From contig CAXXTF010000001.1 in the NCBI GenBank assembly GCA_963665775.2, positions 160,001 through 224,000 of the forward strand: DNA of 64,000 nucleotides, written 5' to 3'. Shown here in pieces: positions 1 to 9,611 of the stretch. The position numbers were made by a program, and so were the translations under genes. Within the stretch, counting starts at the first letter, position 1, and each line of letters begins with the position of its first letter. A model generated the notes under the pieces. The model saw only the letters and a program-made list of their open reading frames with translations. It was not told the origin of the DNA and searched no databases. The stretch is from Dehalococcoidia bacterium (GTDB taxonomy: Bacteria; Chloroflexota; Dehalococcoidia; SM23-28-2; RBG-16-64-32).

Positions 1-1
1 C

Positions 2-346
2 GTGGCCGAAGAGCAAGAGCCGGCCAACTCCATTTCCGAGGTGATGTCCAGGATGCCCACCATCTTCCAGCCCGACAGAGCAGCAGGAGCAACCGCCACT
101 ATCCAGTTCAACTTCACCGGTACGGAGCCGGGCAACTGGTGGATTAAGGTTGCCGGCGGCCAGTGCGAGGTGAGTGAGGGCGTCGCTGATAACCCCAACG
201 TCACCATCAACTCCCCCTCCGAAGTCTGGCTCAAGATCAGCCGCCGGGAGATGGACGGCGCCATCGCCTTCATGAGCGGCAAGTTCACCTTCAAAGGTGA
301 CATGGGCGTCCTCATGAAGATACCCGGCTGGTTCGGCCAGGGCTAA
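2..346 (+). CDS. SCP2 sterol-binding domain protein (may be 5'-truncated by the window edge)
   Basis: IQFNFTG...WWIKV...VTI...AFMSGKFTFKGDMGVLMK is the typical SCP2 pattern. Confidence 0.8.
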   Translation: MAEEQEPANSISEVMSRMPTIFQPDRAAGATATIQFNFTGTEPGNWWIKVAGGQCEVSEGVADNPNVTINSPSEVWLKISRREMDGAIAFMSGKFTFKGDMGVLMKIPGWFGQG

Positions 347-381
347 CTCGCGGAGGCCCGCCACGGCACCGTGGGAACGGG

Positions 382-549
382 TTAGCCGCCGGTAAGAGTG
401 GCCATGCTGGGCAACCGGACGTCAGCGCCGAGCACGATCACCACATCGCCAGAGGAGCCCAGGAACAGCACCGCCTCAGGATCGGCGGCCGTCTTGATCC
501 TGTTCGCCGGTAGGTTGAGCCATTCAGCTATGCGTTCGGCGGATCGCCG
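382..549 (-). pseudogene. Orphan C-terminal remnant resembling a LytR_C (LCP-family C-terminal) domain
   Basis: Manual translation RRSAERIAEWLNLPANRIKTAADPEAVLFLGSSGDVVIVLGADVRLP...GG*; no upstream start codon; begins 1 nt after the alr stop. Confidence 0.55.
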
Positions 550-550
550 G

Positions 551-1753
551 CTAGACGGCCCTAACGGCGGCTCTCAGCCCTTGCGGGGAGGTCAATGTCT
601 CCACCTTCAACAGCTCCCCACCCCGAAAATATAGACGCGGAATCCGCTGAGACATGCCGCACAGAATCTCGTAGCTGATCGTCCCGCACATATCGGCCAG
701 CTCTTCGACCGAGATCTCCAGATCGCCCTGGGAGCCTATGATAACCGCCTCGTCACCCTCGGCCACCCCTGGAATATCGGTTACGTCCACCATGCACATG
801 TCCATGCAGATGCGGCCGACGATGGGGACACGCTTACCCCTTACCAACAACGAACCCCGATTAGAGAGAAGCCGGGGCAGGCCATCAGCGTAACCACACA
901 TCACGAGGCCGATGAGGCTGGCACGGCGGGCCCGCCACGTGCGCCCGTAGCTCACGCTATCGCCCGGCGAGAGCCGCGCCAGGCGCGCCAGACGTCCCCT
1001 CAGGCTAAGCACCGGTCGCAAATCTAGGTCGCGCCTCCCCTCCGCCGAGGGGTAAAGCCCATATATACCCAAACCTGGCCGGACCATATCCCGGCTCATC
1101 TCCGGGCTGTCCAGAAGGATTGCCGTATTGGAGACATGCCGCACAGGGATCCAGGGAAGCTGATCGGCGGTGGACATGAAGGCCTGATATTGCTCCCGCG
1201 TGAACGCCTTATCGACATCGTCGGCGGCGGCGAAGTGGGTGTAAATTCCCTCCACGGTCAGGGTGGTGGTCCCCCGTAGGGCCGCCGCTAAGGCCAACGC
1301 CTCCTGAGGCGGCAGCCCGTACCGACTCAGCCCGGTATCGATCTTCAGGTGAACCGGCTGAACGAGGCCAGCCGTCTCAGCGCGGGCGGCCAGGGCCAGC
1401 GCCAGCTCGCGGGAGTTAACGGTGGGGGTAAGGCGGAGATCGACGATGCGCTCCGCGTCGTCAAGCGGGGTGTGCCCCATCACCAGGATCGGAGCCTCTA
1501 TTCCGGAACGCCGTAACTGCTCGCCCTCATCGGCGCTGATGACGGCCAGGCGGTCGGCCCCGGCCTCCAGAGCGGCCTGCGCCACGACCGTAGCGCCATG
1601 ACCGTAGGCGTTGGCCTTCACCACGGCGGCCAGGGCCGCGGTCCCGGCCTGCCGCTTTAGGGCCTTTACGTTATGAGCGAGGGCGTCCAGGTCTATCTCT
1701 GCCCAGAGCGAACGCCCTGTCCAATCGCTAGAATCAGAACCAGTACGAGACAT
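551..1753 (-). CDS. alr: Alanine racemase
   Basis: AVVKANAYGHG PLP-lysine motif, GYADG, GRICMD; ATG at 1753 with GGAGG RBS. Confidence 0.95.
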   Translation of the reverse strand: MSRTGSDSSDWTGRSLWAEIDLDALAHNVKALKRQAGTAALAAVVKANAYGHGATVVAQAALEAGADRLAVISADEGEQLRRSGIEAPILVMGHTPLDDAERIVDLRLTPTVNSRELALALAARAETAGLVQPVHLKIDTGLSRYGLPPQEALALAAALRGTTTLTVEGIYTHFAAADDVDKAFTREQYQAFMSTADQLPWIPVRHVSNTAILLDSPEMSRDMVRPGLGIYGLYPSAEGRRDLDLRPVLSLRGRLARLARLSPGDSVSYGRTWRARRASLIGLVMCGYADGLPRLLSNRGSLLVRGKRVPIVGRICMDMCMVDVTDIPGVAEGDEAVIIGSQGDLEISVEELADMCGTISYEILCGMSQRIPRLYFRGGELLKVETLTSPQGLRAAVRAV

Positions 1754-2046
1754 TAGCCTCCCAGTGTTACACAACGCTATCACATTGGGGAAAGTTTCTC
1801 CAGCGCTGCACCTACGCGACCAGCGCCCGACCTGGCGGCGATCGCTGCCGAGCCGCATGCCGCATCTGGCCTTCAAGCCAAGAATCCGCAGCATCTCTCT
1901 GGTCGATGACGGTGCGGCGTAACCCGCCCCCGGGCGCCGAGGGAGATAGGGTGTTTGCCCTCACTTCGAAGCTAGCGTAACATCGGTTTTCGAAGGGTGC
2001 CCACGAAACCTCTCCCCGCCCGCGTGCGTCTTCCCCGCCCTCCCTG

Positions 2047-4275
2047 ATGTCGAATCGAGCCGTCCTACGGCGACCGGTCGCACTTGCGGCGACCTTCGCC
2101 CTGGCCACGCTAGCTGTTCTCCAGGCCTGTGGCGGCGGCTCCTCACCGCCCCAGGCCTCACCGCCCCCGCCAACCCCAACACTAACCCCAACGCCGACGC
2201 CGACGCCGACGCCGACCGCGACGCCCACTCCCACCAGCACGCCGGTCGACCTGGCTCTGACCGACAAACTCTACCACGACGGCGACTTTGAAGATGCCAT
2301 CGCCATCTACACCGAGGTCGCCCTGGCGGGCGACGACGACCAGCGCCGTCAGGCCCTATGGAGCCTGGCCCAGATTCGATACGACCGCTCCGAGTGGCAG
2401 GAGGCGGAGCAGGCCCTGGAGGCCTTACTGGCCCTCGATCCGGAGCCGGAGGAGGAGCGTCGGGCGCACCTTCTCCTGGGGCTCAGCCGCCTGGCGAGAG
2501 GGGAGAATGCCAGAGCGCAGGAGAGTCTCAGCCTGTACATCCAGATGGACGGCCCGGCCGCGCCTTACGCGGGCCTCCGACTGGCCGAGGTAGCCAGCCG
2601 AAGCGGCGATCCGGATCAGGCGATCCGTCAGGTAGAGACAGCCCTAGCCCAAGGCGTACCTCCCGAGATGGAGACCGACGCCCGCTTCGACCTGGCCGGT
2701 TACCAGGACGACGCCGGCGATCTCCCATCAGCCGCCGCCACTTATCGGCGGCTGACCCTCGACGCCGAACGAGCCTCCGAGCGGGCGGAGGCGCTGTGGC
2801 TGCTAGCCGACATCTCGCGTCGCGCAGGGAACAGCCAGACGTATCAGGGTTCGCTATACTCCCTGGTCACTCGCTACCCCTGGCATCCGCGGGCGCTGGT
2901 GGCCCTGGTGCAGCCGCAGCTGGCCCCTTCCCCCGTTCTCACCAGCTCCGACCGGGCCGTCGTCCTCTTCCGCCACCGGCTGAACGGCCCGGCGACCGAC
3001 GCCTTCCGCGCCGCCCTGGTCGAGTACGAGGCCGCCAAGGTCGCTCTCCAGGCGAACCCCACCCACGATCTGTACGCGCTCGCCTCTTAGGACAAGGCCA
3101 TCCTCCTGGAATCCCTCGGCCGCCTGGAGGAGGCGGCTGAGGCCTACGCCGCCCTGGCGGACGCCGCTCCCCTGGCCGAGGAGGCGCCGGACGCTCTGTT
3201 CCGGGCTGGGCTGGTCCGCTATCGCCAGGGACGGGTGACGGACGCCATACTGTACTGGGGTCGCTACCTGGATTCGGCGGACGGGCCGGAGGCGGAGGCC
3301 CGCGCCCGATTCTGGCTGGCCAAAGCGGCCGAATCTATAGGCGATTCCGCCTCCGCTGCTCGACAGCTGGAAACTGCCGCCGCCGTCGCGCCGTTGGACT
3401 ACCACGGGCTCAGAGCTCGCTCCCTCGCTGCGGACGAATCCCCGTCGCGAGAGCCTCAGGCCGAAGTCCAGCCGCCCGCCCTCGCCTGGGGGCGGATCGC
3501 GATCTGGCTCCTATCCTGGGCCGGTCCCGAAGACTCGCTGGCCCACCTGGCGTTCTTCCAAGGAGCAAACTGGCAGCTCGCCCTGGAGCTGGCGCGGACG
3601 GGCCTCCAGAGCGAGGCCGAGAGCGTGTTCGCCGATCTCCTGGATGGGGCAAGGGGAGAGCCCTGGCGCCTGTACCGGATGGCCCGCGCCCTAGGTCAGG
3701 AGGGCCAGGTCTCGCTGGCCGCCCGCGCCGCCGCTCGGCTGGTTCGGGTCCATCCCGATCCGCCGCGAGAGCTCCTGACCCTGGCCTACCCCCTCGAATA
3801 CCTCGACCTCGCCGGCGAATCGGCGGGCGAGTACGGCTTCTCGCCGCTGCTGCTGCTGGCCCTGGTGCGGCAGGAGAGCTTCTTCGATCCCGGCGCCGTC
3901 TCATCGGCCAGCGCCCTGGGGCTCACCCAGGTCATCCCCAGCACCGCAGGGGAGATCGCCGGCAGGCTCGATGAGGCCGATTTCCAGAACAGCGACCTCT
4001 TCCGGCCCAGGGTGAGCCTGCGCTACGGCGCCTTCTACCTGGGAGCCCAGCTGGAACTGTTCGAAGGTTTCACCTCGGCCGCCCTTGCCGCCTACAACGC
4101 CGGCCCCGGCAACGGCCTGCGCTGGTGGGAGACGGCGGCGGACGATCCGGACCTCCTCCTGGAGATCATCGACTTCTCCCAGACCCACGCCTACGTTCGG
4201 CTGGTTCTAGAGAACTACGCCCTCTACCGCTATACTTACGGTCAGGCGGAACAGCCGTCCCTGCCCCTGCCCTGA
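2047..4275 (+). pseudogene. TPR-containing lytic transglycosylase (Slt-type) lipoprotein interrupted by an in-frame TAG at 3088-3090
   Basis: ORFs 2047-3090 and 3235-4275 are in the same frame and the TPR-like sequence continues past the stop (ALAS*DKAILLESLGRLEEA); lipobox LQAC, PT linker, C-terminal QES...GLTQV...AYNAG SLT motifs. Confidence 0.8.
2160..2240 (+). repeat. Degenerate hexamer repeat (ACGCCG-like) encoding a Pro-Thr linker
   Basis: acgccgacgccgacgccgacgccg core translating to PTPTPTPT. Confidence 0.85.
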
Positions 4276-4290
4276 GCTTGTCGAAGGGCA
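4268..4290. repeat. REP-like palindrome TGCCCTGAGCTTGTCGAAGGGCA
   Basis: Self-complementary ends; an inverted partial copy CTTCGACAAGCTC lies at 6615-6627. Confidence 0.6.
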
Positions 4291-4364
4291 CTCGCACAGG
4301 CTGGACTGACCCCATCCCACAGGCTACGATGGCCCAGACTCTAGAAGCGAACGCGCCCGCGCCT

Positions 4365-5249
4365 ATGCCACCAACATCTGTCACCGCCCGTGTCCCGGCC
4401 ACCAGCGCCAATCTGGGCCCCGGCTTCGATTGCCTGGGCCTGGCCCTGGACCTGTGGGGCTCCGTCACGCTCAGTCGGGAAGGGGAGCGCTCCGGCAGGG
4501 GCGGTAGCATGGATCGCATGATCCTGGGTGCCGCCCAACGCCTCTACGAGCGGTACGGCCGCGAGGCACCCGACCTGACTGTGCGCTATGACAGCACCAT
4601 CCCCATCGCCCGCGGTCTGGGAGCCAGCGCCGTGGCCCGCGTGGGCGCCCTTCTCGCCGCCAACGCGCTGGAGGGCGAACCGTTCGACCGTGAGGAGGTT
4701 CTGGCCCTCGCCACTGACCTGGAGGGCCACGCCGATAACGCCGCCCCCGCCCTCTTCGGCGGCCTCCAGGTCGTGGTCCAAGACGGCGACCGCATCCTGC
4801 ACACGGCAGCCCCTGTGGTGGGCGATCTGAAGGCTATCCTGTTCGTGCCGGAGCTGCGCATACCCACCGACCAGAGCCGCGAACTCCTTCCTCGCACCCT
4901 GTCGCGAGCCGACGCCGTGTACAACCTGAGCCGGGCGGCCCTCTTAGTGGCCGCGCTCTCGCGCGGTCGTCTGGACCTCCTGGACGAGGCCACCAAAGAC
5001 CGCCTGCACCAGCCGGCCCGCTCCCAGCTTTTCCCGGCCATGTACGCCATCTTCGAGGCGGCGCGGGCCGCCGGCGCCCACTGCGCCTACCTCTCCGGCG
5101 GCGGCTCGACGATCTGCGCCCTGGCCAGCGCCAACGAAGCGGCCATCGCCGAGGCGATGGCGGCGGCGGCCGGCAGCCGGGAGGTCACCGGCCGGACGAT
5201 AATTACGGCGCCCACAGAGCGCGGGGCGGAAGTCACGGAGGGCATCTAA
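4365..5249 (+). CDS. thrB: Homoserine kinase
   Basis: VPATSANLGPGFD, PIARGLGASA, EGHADN; start placed downstream of a TGGACT-N17-TACGAT promoter (4302-4330). Confidence 0.93.
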   Translation: MPPTSVTARVPATSANLGPGFDCLGLALDLWGSVTLSREGERSGRGGSMDRMILGAAQRLYERYGREAPDLTVRYDSTIPIARGLGASAVARVGALLAANALEGEPFDREEVLALATDLEGHADNAAPALFGGLQVVVQDGDRILHTAAPVVGDLKAILFVPELRIPTDQSRELLPRTLSRADAVYNLSRAALLVAALSRGRLDLLDEATKDRLHQPARSQLFPAMYAIFEAARAAGAHCAYLSGGGSTICALASANEAAIAEAMAAAAGSREVTGRTIITAPTERGAEVTEGI

Positions 5250-6469
5250 TGGCCCTCGTCGTCCAGAAGTACGGTGGCAGCTCGGTAGCCAACGCCGAAC
5301 GCCTGAAGGCGGTGGCCGAGCGGATCAGCCGGCGGGCCCGGGCCGGCGACCGGCCGGTCGTCGTGGTCTCCGCCATGGCCGACACCACCGATGAGCTTAT
5401 CGAGCTGGCCGCGCAAATGACCGATAAGCCCGAACCGCGGGAGATGGACCTGCTCCTTTCCACCGGGGAGGTCGTCTCCTCGTCCCTTCTCGCCATGGCC
5501 CTGAACCACGTGGGATGTCGGGCCGTGGCCCTCTCCGGCGCCCAGGCCGGTATCGGCACCGACCGGCGCTACGGCCGCGCCCGCATCCTCAAGGTGGACC
5601 CGCAGCGGGTACAGCGGGAGATTGAGGCCGAGAACGTGGTCATAGTAGCCGGCTTCCAGGGGATCACGGAGGAGGCGGATATCACGACCCTGGGTCGCGG
5701 CGCCTCCGATACGACGGCGGTGGCCCTGGCTGCCGTCCTCGGATCCGAGCGGTGCGAGATCTATACCGACGTGGAAGGAGTCTACACCGCCGACCCCCGC
5801 ATCGAGCCCGAGGCGCGCAAGCTGCCGGAGATCAGATACGAGGAGATGCTGGAGCTGGCCAGCCACGGGGCGAAGGTAATACATAGCCAGGCGGTGGGGC
5901 TGGGATCGGTCTACAATGTGCCTATCTACGTCGCTTCCAGCTTCACGGAGTCGCCCGGCACCCTGATCCACGGAGGAACGCCCATGATGGAACAACACAA
6001 CAAGGTGATGGGTATCGCCCAGGATACGGATGTGGCCCGCATCACCATCCGCGGCGTACCGGACCGCCCCGGCATCGCGGCGACCCTGTTCGAGCCCCTG
6101 GGAGAGGCGGGGATCAGCGTGGACACCATTGTGCAGAACGCCAGCGTTGAGCGGCTAACCGACCTCACGTTCACCGTATCGCGATCGGACCTGGACCGGG
6201 CCCTGGAGATCGTGCGTCCGGTGGCGGCCAGCATCGAGGCGCCGGAAGTGCTGGCGGACACACATCTGGCGAAGATAAGCGTCGTGGGGTCGGGGATGAT
6301 CTCCAGCCCCGGCTACGCGGGCCGGATGTTCCGCACCCTGTTCACCGCAGGGATCAACATCGAGCTGATCACGACCAGCGAGATCCGGATCACCTGCCTG
6401 GTGGACGCCGCCAAGGTACCGGAGGCGGTGCGGGCGCTGCACAAGGCGTTCGAGCTCGAGAAGGGGTAA
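5249..6469 (+). CDS. lysC: Aspartate kinase
   Basis: VQKYGGSSV, TTLGRGASD, DVEGVYTADP, two ACT domains. Confidence 0.95.
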   Translation: MALVVQKYGGSSVANAERLKAVAERISRRARAGDRPVVVVSAMADTTDELIELAAQMTDKPEPREMDLLLSTGEVVSSSLLAMALNHVGCRAVALSGAQAGIGTDRRYGRARILKVDPQRVQREIEAENVVIVAGFQGITEEADITTLGRGASDTTAVALAAVLGSERCEIYTDVEGVYTADPRIEPEARKLPEIRYEEMLELASHGAKVIHSQAVGLGSVYNVPIYVASSFTESPGTLIHGGTPMMEQHNKVMGIAQDTDVARITIRGVPDRPGIAATLFEPLGEAGISVDTIVQNASVERLTDLTFTVSRSDLDRALEIVRPVAASIEAPEVLADTHLAKISVVGSGMISSPGYAGRMFRTLFTAGINIELITTSEIRITCLVDAAKVPEAVRALHKAFELEKG

Positions 6470-6491
6470 GGGCTGGCTGTCCGTCTGCCGG

Positions 6492-6575
6492 TTCGCCCCG
6501 GAGGATGGTGACCACCTGGCCCCCTAGGTACACACGCCCGCTCCTCGCCCGCGCGGACCCGTACTACACCCCTCG
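6492..6575 (-). pseudogene. Frameshifted C-terminal remnant of a PhzF-family protein
   Basis: RGVVRVRAGEER then, in another frame, VYLGGQVVTILRGE; resembles the PhzF C-terminus. Confidence 0.5.
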
Positions 6576-6673
6576 TGCGGCCTGCGGAACGGCTCATCTT
6601 CGGATAAGCTCACTCTTCGACAAGCTCCGTCCACGTTCAAATAAGCGGCACGCTAATCCTGACATCGCTTGCG

Positions 6674-6699
6674 GGAACTTTTGCGGCCTCCTCTCCGTC
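6674..6699 (+). promoter_or_regulatory. Putative ECF-sigma promoter GGAACT-N16-CGTC
   Basis: Matches the ECF -35 GGAAC / -10 CGTC pattern, about 40 nt upstream of the ORF at 6740. Confidence 0.5.
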
Positions 6700-6739
6700 A
6701 GAAAAGTAGCGGACCGAAGGCGAACGGAGGTAGCGCGAG

Positions 6740-7126
6740 ATGCGAATCAATCGGAGAGTGGCGATCGTCCTGGTGGTAGTGGCAGCAGCGCTGGGCTCAG
6801 TGCTCGGCTTCACGTTCGACCGCGCGTCCGGCGACAGAGCGCCCCAATACGAGGTGACGGTGCGGTTCAACACCTCGGTAACACAGGGCGATCTCGATGA
6901 GGCATTCGCGCTGCTGCGCAGCTATGACCAGGATGTCGAGTTCCTCATCATGGAGAGCTTCCCGCCCATAGGCGGGGCGGTGCTAGAGACCGATGCGGCC
7001 GAGTTCTGCGGGACTATCGAGGCGGAGCTGGAGGCCAAGAGCTACGTTGAGAGCGCTTCTTGCCAGCCATGGCAGGAGAGGGACGGCGGCAACCCTGATA
7101 CTCCGGTGACGACAACCGCAGAGTAA
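6740..7126 (+). CDS. Hypothetical exported or membrane-anchored protein
   Basis: GGAGG RBS, N-terminal hydrophobic helix, two Cys. Confidence 0.7.
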   Translation: MRINRRVAIVLVVVAAALGSVLGFTFDRASGDRAPQYEVTVRFNTSVTQGDLDEAFALLRSYDQDVEFLIMESFPPIGGAVLETDAAEFCGTIEAELEAKSYVESASCQPWQERDGGNPDTPVTTTAE

Positions 7127-7184
7127 GAGATGTCTGGCCACCGTCGCTGGGCGATGTCTTTCGTTTCGGACCCTGTCCTCGCCC

Positions 7185-8150
<966 letters not shown>

Positions 8151-8248
8151 CAGCGTATCTTACCCCGCCGGCCATCCGTGGGGCCACCAGCGGGGTGATA
8201 CGCCGAGCTGCTATAATCGTGTGAAGCTGCCCGCTTCAGCGGGCCTCA

Positions 8249-8770
8249 GTGTTACGGAAAGGTAGTGACGGGCCGACGTTGAAATTCCACCTGTGCGATA
8301 CGGTCCTGGGCTGCGTGGGTCTGGTCGTCTCTACCAGGGGCCTGAGAGTCGCCACCCTGCCGCACCTCACCCGCGACGAGGCCCTCCGGGAGGTCACGGA
8401 GCTAGGCGCGCTGGAACCGGCCTCGGCCGCCGACCTGGGCCAGCTACCACTTATCGTCCGCGCCCTGGCGGAGGGCCAGCGGGCGAGCCAGGAAGCCACC
8501 ATCGACTGGGACGGCCTGTCGCCCTTCCGACGGGCGGTGCTGGAGGAGACGCTGCGCATCCCTGCCGGAGAGACGCGCAGCTACGGCTGACTGGCCCGTC
8601 GGGTGGGCCGGCCCCGGGCCGCCCGCGCCGTGGGCCGGGTAATGGCCACGAATCCGCTGCCTCTGGTGATTCCATGCCATCGCGTAGTGGCCAGCGACGG
8701 CTCCTTGGGGGGCTACGGCGGCGGCCGGCCGCTGAAGGAGGCGCTGCTGCGGGCGGAAGGGGCGAGGTAG
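8249..8770 (+). pseudogene. ogt: Methylated-DNA--protein-cysteine methyltransferase with an in-frame TGA at 8588-8590
   Basis: [43 protein letters not shown]...AEGAR*; the active-site PCHR lies after the TGA. Confidence 0.85.
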
Positions 8771-8802
8771 TAGAGTAGAATGTTTGACATGGTGACCAGC
8801 CT

Positions 8803-8960
8803 GTGACACAGCCGAGGCGACGCGAGTTCCGGTTCGGGATCGGTGAATGGTATGGACGGGACTTCACGGCACTGTCTCCCGAAGAAAGAAGGGACCTAGC
8901 TCAGATTCAGTTTGTGCCCAAGAGTGAACGGCCTTTTCTACGATGCCCGTTCATGTCGTC
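8803..8960 (+). pseudogene. N-terminal fragment of a probable restriction endonuclease (NotI-like)
   Basis: FGIGEWYGRDF...CPF N-terminus, convergent with a methyltransferase; the rest of the ORF is antisense MTase sequence. Confidence 0.5.
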
Positions 8961-9569
8961 CCGGTTGACATTCTTACGTATGTATTCAATGCCGTCACTG
9001 TGGCAGAAGGTGATACGTTCTCTTTGCGAGTGGATAGCTCGTATTCTGTTCTGGAGGGTCCTGGCGTACCAGCGTGAAGCGACACCGCGGCCGTTCTCTC
9101 CATACTTCATGAGACTTGCCCCCGGTGCCATGATGCCGCCGCGCTGAACGCGGTTGCGCACGATTGTCGCGAAAGCGCGGTCTAGCAGGCTATTGGAGGG
9201 ACGATTTAAAACGGCTCTAACCGACTCGTAAGACACTTGGAAACGGCCAATCTTATTGATTAGTTCCTCGGCATGGCCGTCAAGAATCGTTTCCCACACG
9301 GCAGCTACGCTTTCGTCTAGCTCAACGAGCACTAATCTATCAATCAGGCCGTCAAACAGCATCGAAAGGCCCACGTTGGCTCCACCACAGAAAGGCTCAC
9401 AGAACGTGCGTGGTCCCTTTGGGAGGCTGGTCAGCCACTTTCGGATTTGCGGGATAAGCCACGTCTTACCGCCAGGATAGCGAAACGGACTGTGATGTGG
9501 AACCGAAGCCACGTTGGTTATTCGGGCTGCATCCGGCGCATCTAGCAAGGCCATCTTCCGCTCAAACAT
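8950..9569 (-). pseudogene. Dam/D12-class DNA adenine methyltransferase truncated before the DPPY motif
   Basis: SPFRYPGGKTWL and EPFCGG motifs present; homology stops at KNVNRDD, just where FIDPPY would be expected. Confidence 0.8.
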
Positions 9570-9578
9570 TTGTCCTAT

Positions 9579-9606
9579 ATCTTACACGATTCCGTGTACT
9601 TGTCAA
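9579..9606 (-). promoter_or_regulatory. Sigma70-like promoter TTGACA-N16-TAAGAT containing the palindrome TACACG-N4-CGTGTA (9583-9598)
   Basis: Read directly upstream of the MTase start. Confidence 0.65.
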
Positions 9607-9611
9607 GCCCC

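Noticed and set aside
1754-2046. Possible riboswitch or small ORF in the alr-slt intergenic region (GGGCAAAC on the minus strand)
   Set aside because: The second c-di-GMP-I motif (GCAAAG) is absent, and the small ORF has no RBS or recognisable family.
9562-9575. LexA-box-like GGAC-N4-GTTT at the MTase start (a similar site lies near 44261)
   Set aside because: Two mismatches to GAAC-N4-GTTC; too weak alone.
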